From Zootoca vivipara (lineage: Eukaryota), in NCBI RefSeq assembly GCF_963506605.1, contig NC_083277.1, positions 117,428,001 to 117,492,000 on the forward strand: a stretch of DNA of 64,000 nt, written 5' to 3'. How positions within the stretch are numbered: position 1 is the first letter of the stretch; every line of letters starts with the position of its first letter. Below the pieces are notes generated by a model. The model was not told the origin of the DNA. It was given only the letters and a program-made list of their open reading frames with translations, and did not search any database. Positions 13,640-29,452 of this stretch are shown in pieces. The position numbers and the translations under genes are program-made.

Positions 13640-14335
13640 TTGGAGAGACAAGAGGGCCTTCTGAAAGGAGCAATGCAAAGAAATAGAGGAAAGCAACAGA
13701 ATGGGAAAAACCAGAGATCTGTTCAAGAAAATTGGAGATATGAAAGGAACATTTTGTACAAATATTACCATAATAAAGGACAAAAGTGGAAAGGACCTAA
13801 CAGAAGCAGAAGACATCAAGAAGAGGTGGCAAGAATACACAGAGGAATTGTGCCAGAAAGATATGGAGGTCTCGTATTCCCCAGGTAGTGTGGTTGCTCA
13901 CCTTGAGCCAGACATCCTGGAGAGTGAAGTCAAATGGCCCTTAGAAAGCACTGCTTATAACAAGGCCAGTGGAAGTAATGGTATTCCAGCTGAACTATTT
14001 GAAATTTTAAAAGATGATGCTGTTAAGGTGCTACACTCAATATGCCAGCAAGTTTGGAAAACTCAGCAGTGGCCAGAGGATTGGAGAAGATCAGTCTACA
14101 TCCCAATGCCAAAGAAGGGCAGTGCCAAAGAATGCTCCAACTATCGCACAATTGCGCTCATTTCACATGCTAGCAAGGTTATGCTTAACATTCTACAAGG
14201 CAGGCTTAAGCAGTATGTGGACTGAGAACTCCCAGAAGTGCAAGCTGGATTTCGAAGGGGCAGAGGAACCAGAGACCAAATTGCAAACATGCGCTGAATT
14301 ATGGAGAAAGCTAGAGTTCCAGAAAAACATCTACT
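13640..14335 (+). mobile_element. RTE-BovB LINE internal fragment
   Basis: MGKTRDLFKKI...PKKGSAKECSNYRTIALISHASK, with stops downstream. Confidence 0.9.
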
Positions 14336-14636
14336 GGACTAGATGGCCATTGTGGTCCCTTTAAACTCAACAATTCTATGATTCTAAATGTTGACAGGAG
14401 CCAACAGACTTGCCAGCTGACCAGAAAATAAAAATTATTGACTTTGTATTTCTAATAGAAAGTATAGAAGTAGGAATGAGTACAGTTTAGGACTTCTGAG
14501 TTGCCTACAACAAAAAAACTTAATAACTCTTGATATTTTCTAATTATATTATATGATTACTGCAGGTGCCTCTTTACTAGATATCAAATATTAGAAAATG
14601 TGACTAGTATCACAGAATAGGAAAATAAAATGGCCT

Positions 14637-14638
14637 GT

Positions 14639-14706
<68 letters not shown>
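14637..14706 (+). repeat. (TTTC)n microsatellite
   Basis: Direct reading. Confidence 0.95.
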
Positions 14707-16156
14707 GCCAAACTACCTCATGACATAGGGTCCAAAGGAGTCAGGCAACAATACAGCAATGAGCTTTTCTTAATTATTGGAGAAGGAATTTGTTTGCAAA
14801 TGTAGTATATGATCTATTATGAATATATCCTGAATGTATGTTGGAAATCTTTGAAAGCTTTTTAAAAACAAAGAACCAATTACATTTAGATCAAATTTTA
14901 TGTGTGAGGAATGGGATGAATGGAAGAAGTGGAAACTTCCAATTTCCCCCCTCACCACAGTCTCTACAGTGAGATCAGGACTGGCTGCCACAGAATTAAA
15001 AAACAAACAAACGAGAAGTTGAGGGCTATACCTGAGGTTCCCACACCACCGCTTCCATGAACTGCAGCTTGAAAAGCCACGTTTCTTTAACGCAACAGAT
15101 GGAACATTACTGGAGGCAGCTCTTTCTCCGTGCATCTCAAGACTGGAGCAGAGTTGTGCTTGTTGAATTTTCTACCCAATATCCAGTTAGTAAGGCAAAA
15201 AAGTTTTCAGAAGGAAAATGAAGTGGCAAACTAAAAAAGCTAGGAGTGAACAGACCTGTCCGTTTTGGTTTCTCTCTGTCTTTTATTTCTTTAAGTGGGA
15301 AGAAGACAGCTGCTTCCATTCTACTGCAGTTTGGTTTCCACCAGACACATTAATTGCCTCGCTGTCTGCTGTTTAGTACAAGTTACTTAGCTTACATAAC
15401 TTACATTCATGTCAGTGTAAAGGAAACATCAGATCCAAAAAAGTTATTGATTACATGGCATTTGCAGACTTTGGGGTGCCTCCTCTTTATTCAGTCTAAC
15501 AAGCTCCCTTGGGGGATGTGGACTTTCATTGGAGGGTTTTTAAGCAGAGGTTGGATGGCCATCTGTCATGGACACTTTAGTTGAGATTCTGCATTGCAGG
15601 GGGTTGGACTAGATGACCCTCAGGGTCCCTTCCAAGTCTACAGTTCTATTATTCTGTGACTTAAGAACAACAATGATGTGAGCAAATAATGATCATATTC
15701 ATTTGACTGGTTTCTGTTCCTGACCCTTATAGACATGTTATTGGTTTGGAGAACTGCATCAGAAAATTCAGAAAGGTGGGAATCTCAAAGGATACCTGTA
15801 TTTCAGTTTGTATATTGTTTCAGTAAATGCCAATTGCGGAATTTTTGCATTAAAGTGCAAAGGGAGCCTGCAATGCAGACACTGAGCAGGTGAAAGCCTG
15901 TTCTCCTGTGTGAGATATATCAACCTGTGCTCCCTGTGGCCAGCAGTAGAAGCAGAGAAGGCTCCTGAACCTTGAATAGTTCTATAGAAGAGGGAAATGC
16001 AACATGCATCGCTTACCAACACAAACCACACATGCTGAAATTCCCTTTTGTATACAACAATTGAAAGCGTAGGAGCCTTGTCTCTCTCCCCTTGGACCTG
16101 GCTACCAAATCCCCTTTTTTCTTCCCCTAGCCACAACTATCCTCACGTCACTGTCT

Positions 16157-20927
<4,771 letters not shown>

Positions 20928-21006
20928 GCTCACTCTGCATTTAAAAAAAAAAAAAAAAAGGAAGCAAAAAATGGCAGGGTTGTTTTTTTAATTCTTGTTG
21001 TAGTCC

Positions 21007-22043
21007 ATGACGTACAGCCACGCTAAAGCAGTGATCGCTCAGAGATTGGGGGATATCGCCAGACAGGAGGACATAGCCCGCGTGAAATCTGGGATGTTTT
21101 TAGGGGAGCAGGTGTATCGGGCTGCACCAGCCCGTTACCTGGCGGGTATCCACTACTGTACGTGGAATACCGCAGACTACTTACTGCGGCCAGACTGAAT
21201 GTCCTTGATTCGGCAGTTTTGAGGGGAAGATTTGGAGGAGTCCCATACGGTCAGAGAATGTGCCATTGTGCCTTGGGTGAGGTAGAATCCACAGAACACA
21301 TTCTACTGAGTTGTCCCTTTTATAATGATTTAAGGCAATATCTTATAACCCCATATTTGTCTCAGTTTAGTTTCCGACTATCGGGACCCAGGTGGCGCTG
21401 TGGGTTAAACTACAGAGTCTAGGGCTTGCTGATCAGAAGGTTGGCGGTTCGAATCCCTGCAATGGGGTGAGCTCCCATTGTTCGGTCCCAGCTCTTGCCA
21501 ACCTAGCAGTTCGAAAGCACATCAAAGTGTAAGTAGATAAATAGGGACCGCTCCAGCGGGAAGGTAAACGGTGTTTCCGTGCACTGCTCTGGTTCGCCAG
21601 AAGCAGCTTTGTCATGCTGGCCACATGACCCGGAAGCTGTCTGTGGACAAACACCGGCTCCCTCGGCCTATAGAGTGAGATGAGCTCCGCAACCCCAGAG
21701 TCGGACACGACTGGACCTGATGGTCAGGGGACCCTTTAGTTTCCGACTAAGAGAACGGCAGGCAGCATATTTGCTAAACAAGCCCACTGGGAAAATAACC
21801 TCGGTGGCTAAATTCCTCTTCCTGGTGCTCAAGTGTCGGAAACGTATAATCGAATGTCTTGATGTGGGTTACCTGTAGGAGGTTTAGTAGCACGGTCATA
21901 CCCCATTTATGTATCCCTCTGATGCCTTCAGTTTTATATTTTTATGTATCCCTCTGATGCCTTCAGTTTTATATTTTATATTTGTGTTGAGAAATGTTTT
22001 TTTCTTTCTGACTATCGGTCGAATAAAGTATATTGAATTGAAT
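21007..22043 (+). mobile_element. RTE-X-like LINE 3' end, interrupted by a SINE
   Basis: ARLNVLDSAVLRGRF...RMCHC...EHILLSC; AATAAA plus ATTGA tail. Confidence 0.7.
21383..21734 (+). mobile_element. Sauria SINE inserted in an RTE-X LINE
   Basis: 15-bp TSD TTTAGTTTCCGACTA. Confidence 0.9.
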
Positions 22044-22335
22044 TCTTGTTGTTTTTATGCATCCCAGGTTTATTTTTATTTTATTTTATTGAATTTATAT
22101 ACCACTCTATACCGGGGGGTCTCAGGGCGGTTCGCAGAATAAAAGCAAAATATTGAAGCACAAAATACACAATCAAAACAATAACAACTCAATAACTCCC
22201 CCCCCCAAAAAAAACCATTTTGAAAGGTCATAGGATGTAAATCAATTCAACCAAAGGCGTGGTTAAAAAGGAATGTTTTTGCTGGTGCCTGAAGGCCTAT
22301 AATGAAGGCTCCAGGCTTCATTATCCCCCTTCTGG

Positions 22336-22701
22336 TGTTGTTGTTTAGTCGTTTAGTCGTGTCCGACTCTTCGTGACCATGGACAAGAGCACGCCAGGCA
22401 CTCCTGTCTTGCACTGCCTCCCGCAGTTTGGTCAAACTCATGTTCGTAGCTTCGAGAACACTGTCCAACCATCTCGTCCTCTGTCGTCCCCTTCTCCTAG
22501 TGCCCTCAATCTTTCCCAACATCAGGATCTTTTCCAAGGATTCTTCTCTTCTCATGAGGTGGCCAAAGTATTGGAGCCTCAGCTTCAGGATCTGTCCTTC
22601 CAGGGAGCACTCAGGGCTGATTTCCTTCAGAATGGATAGGTTTGATCTTCTTGCAGTCCATGGGACTCTCAAGAGTCTCCTCCAGCACCATAATTCAAAA
22701 G
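22336..22701 (-). mobile_element. RTE-BovB 3' end
   Basis: LKLRLQYFGHLMRREESLEKILMLGKIEG...; CAA tail. Confidence 0.9.
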
Positions 22702-23169
22702 CAAAAAACTCCTTCTGGAGTTATTGGGCAACAAAGATGTCTTTAGGAAAGCAGTTTGCAACACTCAAAGGGTTAAGAAACAACATAAGGGTAATGATTA
22801 ACAAAGCCATGCCTGCCCTGTAGTTCATTACACCGGTTTCTGAGACTGTGTGACATTAACTAAACTATAAACTGGCACTGCTCCATTGAAATTAATGGGG
22901 ACACTATGCTTAGTATTGAGGGATATGAAAAGGGGGGGGGAAGCTCCAGGGAGGCTCTTTCTGGAAACATGCAATAGAACAGGGATGGGGGAGCCATCCA
23001 CCCCCTGAAGTCCACATTTGCAACATGTAAAAGGGCTGCATACCAGGGGTGGGTGAGGCTGGAGCCAAAGTGGTTATAGCCACCCCACATTCTCACACAG
23101 CACCCCAGCCAGCCATTTTCACTTAACGTTAAGCATAATTCATCCTTCCAACAGCCATTCATTCTCTCA

Positions 23170-23905
23170 AGGAGGCATTAATCACCTCTCCCTGTTATGT
23201 TGGATGAGTTTCAGTTAGTAAGGGTCAAGGATGTGGAAAAGGTTCTTGAATCAGTCAAGGAATCTGATCATGACAAGGGACTGATGTCAATATTACCCAC
23301 TTTCAGATCACCCTCTTCTTGTTCAGCTGAGAAAACAATGTCCAGAGTGTTAACCTGCCACATGCATTGGGCCAGTGGCATGTTGGGACAGCCCCATGGT
23401 TATCAAGGAAGCCATGAAGTCCTGAGCCACCCAGAGTCAGTTGCCATGACATGGATGTTGACGTTCCCCAGAAACAGCAGTCTGGAAGTCCTCAACACCC
23501 CTTCTAAGACCAGCTCGGGCAGGGAAACTGCTGGGCAGCAAGATTCACTGTAAGCCAGCAGAATTCCTACCGTAATCTGTCCCAATTGCCCAGTGCTAGG
23601 AACATGCACTCTAGATCCCACCCAACTGGACAGAGAGCCTGAAGAGAAAGACAAAATCCCTATAGACTACAGCAACTCCTCTTCCCTGACCAGATGCTGC
23701 CCAGAGTATCTAGGTGGGAACAACTGGGTAAGACCAACTCTCCCCTGCTCACCCACCCAGCTCTCAGTGATACAGACCAGATTGGCCTTATCCATCATCA
23801 GATCATGGCTGAGGCAGGTCTTACTCAGTACCAACCTGACATTCAGCAACAGCAGCTGCAGACCCAAGGCTGGTCCCCCCTTTGCATCCAGGCACCCTAG
23901 TTCCA
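23170..23905 (-). mobile_element. Degraded L2 LINE endonuclease region
   Basis: LLLNVR...LVCITESW, LGNVNIH; an L2 3' end also lies at ~22065-22320. Confidence 0.6.
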
Positions 23906-23915
23906 GATTGTAACC

Positions 23916-24051
23916 CAGGCACCCCCAAACTGCGGCCCTCCAGATGTTTTGGCCTACAACTCCCATGATCCCTAGCTAACGGGACCAGTGGTCGGGGAAG
24001 ATGGGAATTGTAGTCCAAAACATCTGGAGGGCCGAAGTTTGGGGATGCCTG
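23916..24051. mobile_element. ~135-bp hAT MITE (CAGGCA..CCCAAACT family)
   Basis: TSD TTGTAACC; other copies at 26991-27126 (TSD TGTTATCT), 55284-55418, 58399-58534 and 46438-46886. Confidence 0.85.
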
Positions 24052-24605
24052 TTGTAACCTGTATTCCATTTTAGAGGCCTCATTTCTCTGCCTCTAGGGA
24101 GCCATGGGCTTCCCCCCCCCCCCCCGCCCAGCAGCCATTGATGTCATTCTTGTAAAACTTAATAGACGTATAGGTTCATTATTCCAAGGAAGAACAGTGC
24201 TTGTCTTTTTACAATGCCATTGACAATTCTATTAAGCTGTAACCCACCTAACTTCCTTCCAAAAAGGATAGCTAAGATTCAAGCCACTCTCTTCTTTTAA
24301 ATACACCCTGGATGCTTCCAGATGGGTGTGTGTTGTGGATTGGTGTGTCTCATGCACGCCAGCTTTTTCCAGCATTCACACGGTGTCAGTGGCATCAAAA
24401 TGCCAGCCTGTATCTCCCTCCCAATTTAATCTAGCTTGACCCTTTCCATTAATAATTCTTATTAAATTATTATTAATTATTAATTATTAAAAACACCTGT
24501 TGGCAATGATTCATTTGTGATTATCTTAGTGACCCATTTAGAATATTAAGCCACTGTCTGGAAGCAGTCACATCTCCAAATGAAAAGTTAAAAAGGTTTG
24601 CTTAC

Positions 24606-24756
24606 CTCAAAACTCAACCAACACCTTGACTGTCCAATCTGTCTGAAACAGGAACCCTCTACAAACAGGGTTAGTCCATTCTGTTAGTGAACATTTTCCC
24701 TACATCCCACCCCAGAATTTGTACAGAGGCTCTGGATAGAAAAAGTCCAAAGTACT
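24606..24756 (-). promoter_or_regulatory. Candidate 5' non-coding exon and promoter of the HSD17B6-like gene
   Basis: Strong donor GAG|gtaagc at 24606/24605. DR1/HNF4-like AGTCCA-A-AGTACT at 24744-24756. The first coding exon has an acceptor just upstream of its ATG, so an upstream exon is expected. Confidence 0.35.
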
Positions 24757-25372
24757 GTACAGTACTTTGTGTATCTATGAATTGGTAACCAGTCTGGGGC
24801 TTAGTTCAATGGTTTCCCTGCTTCAGTTGTCTGAAATCATTAGCCATGGAAGCACTCATTCCTGCAGTTGGATGGCTGCTTGGCATCTTCTCCAAGGCAC
24901 CCTGGCCTGGCAATTGCTCCTGCTTGCTCCACAAGGCCAAATGTGTTTGTACTGAAAACAACCATCTCCTGCTACTCTCACAGTACCTGGCAGGGAGCTG
25001 ATCAAAATGTCTCTGTAAATGCTATCTGCAAGCTTTTAAAGAAGAGATTTGGCCTTCTTTCTTCTTTCAGGTTTGCCCGTTGATTTTTCAAGATGTAACT
25101 CTCCTTTATTCGTCCAGAGATTTACATTCATTTAGGGCATGGGTTTTTTTAAAGTGCCATGGTAGTTGGCTTTCATTGTTAATTGCCACCAGGCAGTATT
25201 TTAAATGATTTTGTTCAGATTGTGTCAACAGGGAGGAGCAATTAATCACACAGGAGCTATTAACATTTAAAAAAAACACAATCATAGCACTTCAGGTGTA
25301 GCATTTTGTTTGGCCCTTAGAAACACACAAGCAAAACACAGACCAGCATTTAACTAAGAACATAGTGTAGCC

Positions 25373-26112
25373 CAGTGGTTCCCAACAGGTGGTCCGCGGA
25401 CCCCCAGGGGTCCGCGAGCTATACCAGAGGGGTCCGCAAGATGCTATGAGAATAAAAAATATATTAAATATATTTCGTATGATAACAGATTTTTTGTTTT
25501 GGCCGCTTCCTGCATGAGCAGAGTCTAGCGCAAAACTAGAATTAGATAGAGGCAGTAGTTCTGCTGTATGCCGTTAGGTGGCGCTTTACAAACACTACTG
25601 TTTTGCAAAGAGGCAGTGCACGCCAGGGAGGAGGGAGGGGAATGGAGAAGACAGGGTACCTGCGCAGTAGCGCACAAATGAAGCCAACACGCGCAAAGCA
25701 TCTTGGGGAGGTGAGCGTTAGTAGAATGCGCGCGCTGGCTTCATTTGTGCGCTACTGCGCAGGTACCCTGTCTTCTCCATTCCCCTCCCTCCTCCCTGGC
25801 GCGCGCTGCCTCTTTGCAAAACAGTAGTGTTTGTAAACAAAGCGTTGTTTTTCACGGAAGCTACAGTTCGTGTAGTTAAAAATGGACCGTTGGTTAAAAA
25901 GTGGTTCATCTCATTAAGAACTGAAAATTAAAACTAACTGTATACTGATGGAGTGCTCTGTTGTAACTGTAAAAAACGTATAAATATAAAATATAAAAAG
26001 ACTATTAATTTGGCTCTCACTTTTTAATTTTAGGATTAGGAATTAATGGGAGTCCTTGTCACAATAGCGGCTCGATGGGGGGTCCTCGAGAAAATTTTGT
26101 TGGGAACCCCTG
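25373..26112. mobile_element. hAT non-autonomous element with a 111-bp internal foldback
   Basis: TIRs CAGTGGTTCCCAAC / GTTGGGAACCCCTG, 8-bp TSD GTGTAGCC. Confidence 0.88.
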
Positions 26113-26990
26113 GTGTAGCCAGCCACCACAATCACCAAGCGGTGTGAGATTCCAGGGGGTCCTGTTTTCCAGGATTCGTGTTTTCTTTTGGAATGAGGCA
26201 GAACAGAGACCATGGTGTCTTCATGCTACTGTATGTGGTTTATTTACACAAATATATAAGCTGAGCCTGCAATGGAGGGGTTCACAGCATTAGCACCTCA
26301 AAAGGGTTTTGTTTCTCCCTTGGATTCAAACTACAGCCTTGGATTCAAACGCATATCAAACATTGGTCTCTGGCTGTCTTGCCAGCCTGCTGCTTTACTT
26401 CTAGGTCTCCTAACTGCTCTTCTTTCAAAATCTCTGGCTTTTTTTTCCTTTTCACTATCTGTGGATTGAGGGAGGGTCCTCACCCATTCACTGTCTCCCA
26501 TGTGAGCCCCTTCGTTTGTTCTCTTTGCACATCACCAGGAGGCTAGCATAGCTATTCCAAAAATTAAAAGTCTTGGTTAGATTTTAACATTTGCCAGATC
26601 CACACAGTTTAATACCTCAAACCATTAACCCTGAAGAAGAAAAGTTCAAAGTACTGGGTTGTAGCTGTGAACTGATAACTGTCCTGGCAGGAAACTGATA
26701 AGGCCGAGGGTCATGTTGCATCCTGAGCAATCTTTCAGGGCTGTGAGAATTACGTAAGCAGAATTCCCTGATCTAGGCCTTGTGTAGAACATGAATCAAT
26801 AAGCTCTCCACACAAAGAAAGAGTTCCAAAGTTTTACCTTAAACCTGTCATGAGAATATTGTAAATACAAATCAGCACATTGCTCTTAAACAACAAGCAA
26901 TGCAGTCCAATTTTCTTTAAGCTATAATTTGTTAATATAGGCCAGAGAGAGATTCCAATAAGCAAGTTGCTTCCCAGGGATGTGTTATCT

Positions 26991-27126
26991 CAGGCATCCC
27001 CAAACTTCGGCCCCCCCAGATGTTTTGTACTACAATTCCCATCTTCCCCGACACTGGTTCTGTTAGCTAGGGATCATGGGAATTGTAGGCCAAAACATCT
27101 GGAGGGCTGCAGTTTGGGGATGCCTG
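26991..27126. mobile_element. ~135-bp hAT MITE
   Basis: TIRs and 8-bp TSD TGTTATCT. Confidence 0.85.
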
Positions 27127-27923
27127 TGTTATCTGTTAATATGAGCACTGAAACAAAGACCCTACTCTGTCGCAACACTAGCTGCAAAAGCACCCTTTTG
27201 CACTTTCTACAGTTCTCTGCAAAACAGAAATCCTGCAAATGCAAACCTCCACTAAGTTTCCACACACAATGCATACAAACATAGCATTTGATGCACATCC
27301 AACTTAGAACTTTTACACTGGGCAGAGGCAAAAGTGGGCGGAGCAACAAACATGAGTTTTGCGGGGGGGGGGGGAGGACAGCACTTCTCCCTGGAGCCAC
27401 TAACTGCCCCCCCCCAACTCCAATGCGTTTCAGACCCAAGACAGGGTCTCGACCAATTCAGCGGTCTGAACACAATTGCCAAGCTAGCCAAGACCTGCAC
27501 CTTGCGCCTTACAGTAGACAAACCTGACTTCATCCTCAGTGGCAAAGTGGCAACTAGAGATGCTTACCCTGCGGTGTGAGCTCAGTCAGGGGAATGTATT
27601 TGATGAGGTCCTGATGGAGGGAACAGCTGCAGACAAAATAACCATTTATTTAGAGCTGACACCTGGAAAACTTCTCCAGAGCTTTGAAAACAGAATGCCA
27701 AGGAAGTGAAGTTGACTACTGTAGTAACCCGCCTTGCCCTTGCCTCACAGTAGCAATAGAATTATCCCAAGAAAGCTGCAGAATGACTTCAGGGAGTAGG
27801 CTGGGCCAGACTTTGATGGCAGCATTTATTTTCCACTGCTCAAGGCCATAAAGAAGAGATGGAATGTTGTGGAGAGAATGAACAATCTCCACAATTCTAT
27901 AGTAATAGAATCAAATCTACGAT

Positions 27924-28579
27924 TGTTATAAGAATTTTGAGGTCATATATATATATATATAATAATTGTTCATAAAACATGTACATGAATGTACAGAAAC
28001 ATGTCTGAAGCAGCACAGGAAAACAGGCCTGACTGACACCATTTTGACTCTCTCTGACCAGGTGTTCCTCTGCAAGGAAGAAGTGGGGTGGGGGGAACCT
28101 TCTCATTGTCTCAGGAATTAAAGTGATAATCCCTGGCATCCTGATACCTGACTGCCAGACAAAAGGGTGTGATTAACTTGGCTGGGAAACAGGGAAATGT
28201 AAATATCTCTCAATTTTGTTGATTAGGTTTTGGGGGCAGGGGGCAGGGTCCAGGATGCTCAGATTACTGCCACCAGACCTCCCCGTTCATGATGTGCCTA
28301 TGATGAATCTAGGGAGGGGGGGTCTTGGGCTACACCCCTTCTGTGACATATGGATGATGCTTCTGGGGGGTGGGCTGAAACCAATTTCAAATCTCTTTTT
28401 AAGGGCAAGACATCTTTGTTTGGGGTTCCTTCCTTGTTCTCCTGTGTGAGAGGAAGGACCCTGTTGCAACAGCGAAAATAAAGGCTTTGCTTCTCAAACT
28501 TCTCTGGTTGGCCTCTGTTATATTCTCCAACCGATGGAGAACCCAATAAGGGAATAAAGGCAGATTTTTGCCTATATCA
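27924..28579 (+). mobile_element. Solo LTR (ERV class I-like)
   Basis: TG...CA termini, 4-bp TSD CGAT, internal AATAAA. Confidence 0.8.
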
Positions 28580-28644
28580 CGATAAATGGAGAAATGAACT
28601 TGAAAACAGAAACTGTTCTGGTGTGTGTTACAACTCACTTTAAA

Positions 28645-28752
28645 TATCTGAAGAAATATCTGGGTATCTGAAGAAGTGTGCATGCACACGAAAGCTCATA
28701 CCTATGACAAATTTAGTTGGTCTCTAAGGTGCTACTGGAAGGATTTTTTTTT
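28645..28752 (+). mobile_element. Short Penelope terminal fragment
   Basis: 13-bp TSD AACTCACTTTAAA (28632-28644 and 28753-28765). Confidence 0.8.
28663..28702 (+). ncRNA. Minimal type I hammerhead ribozyme motif (Penelope-associated)
   Basis: GGTAT-CTGAAGA-A-GTGTG(CATG)CACAC-GAAA-GC-TC-ATACC: 5-bp stem I, intact core, palindromic AGCT in place of helix III. Confidence 0.75.
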
Positions 28753-28997
28753 AACTCACTTTAAAGAACTTGGGAATCCTCCCAGGGTAGCAGGCTCCCA
28801 AATATCTACTCACAAGAAAGAGACCCTGAGACCATAAAATACCATTAAAATGCAGATAGTAAAAACAGCACAACACTATTATAAGCCCTTTCGCTTAAAA
28901 AAACAGTCCACTCCCAAAAGCCTCTTGGAATAAGAGTCTTCATCTGCCGTCAGAAAGGAGAGAGCTTTTTTAAAAAATTTTCGCCCGATCATGGAGT

Positions 28998-29114
28998 TAG
29001 AATCGCAGAATCACAGAACTGTACAGTTGGAAGGGACCCTGAGAGTCATCTAGTCCAGCCCCCTGCAATGCAAAAAGATTAAGCGTCTCGTGCTCTATCC
29101 GACTGAGCTATCCC
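28998..29114 (-). mobile_element. tRNA-Lys-derived SINE with CR1-type tail, internally deleted
   Basis: GGGATAGCTCAGTCGGATAGAGCACGAGACGCTTAATCT fused to GGACTAGATGAC...CCCTTCCAACT...ATTCT; a related tail lies at ~29950-30076. Confidence 0.7.
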
Positions 29115-29199
29115 ACGTCGTGCCCCCCTCCCTCCATGTCTGGGTCCGTGAATAAACTGCTGGTTATTTTCGTAAAGCGCCGCTAGAGCCCCTCAGAGG

Positions 29200-29345
29200 C
29201 CGCTTTTTCTCGCCGGAACTACAACTCCCACAATCCCCGAGCGCGGCGGCGCGGTGCATAAATTGCGGGCGCTGCTCTGATTGGCTCTTACATAGGCTGG
29301 AGGCGGAGCCTGGCTTCTCCCGCGCGCGCGCTCCCCTTGCTCTTT
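29200..29345 (+). promoter_or_regulatory. PRIM1 CpG-island, S-phase-type promoter
   Basis: ZNF143-type ACTACAACTCCCACAATCC at 29218, reverse CCAAT (GATTGG) near 29279, GC box GAGGCGGAG, E2F-like TTCTCCCGCGC near 29316. Confidence 0.7.
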
Positions 29346-29349
29346 GGAC

Positions 29350-29452
29350 ATGGCAGATTTCGAACCCGGCTCCCTGCCCGACCTTTTGCCGCTTTACTAC
29401 CGCCGCGTCTTCCCCTTCGGCCTTTACGGGCGGTGGCTGCGCTACGGCGACG
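29350..29452 (+). CDS. PRIM1: PRIM1 exon 1
   Basis: [34 protein letters not shown]; donor G|gtgagc. Confidence 0.93.

Noticed and set aside
29076-29114. tRNA-Lys(CTT) gene
   Set aside because: Only the D and anticodon arms are present, fused to a CR1-type tail; it is a SINE head
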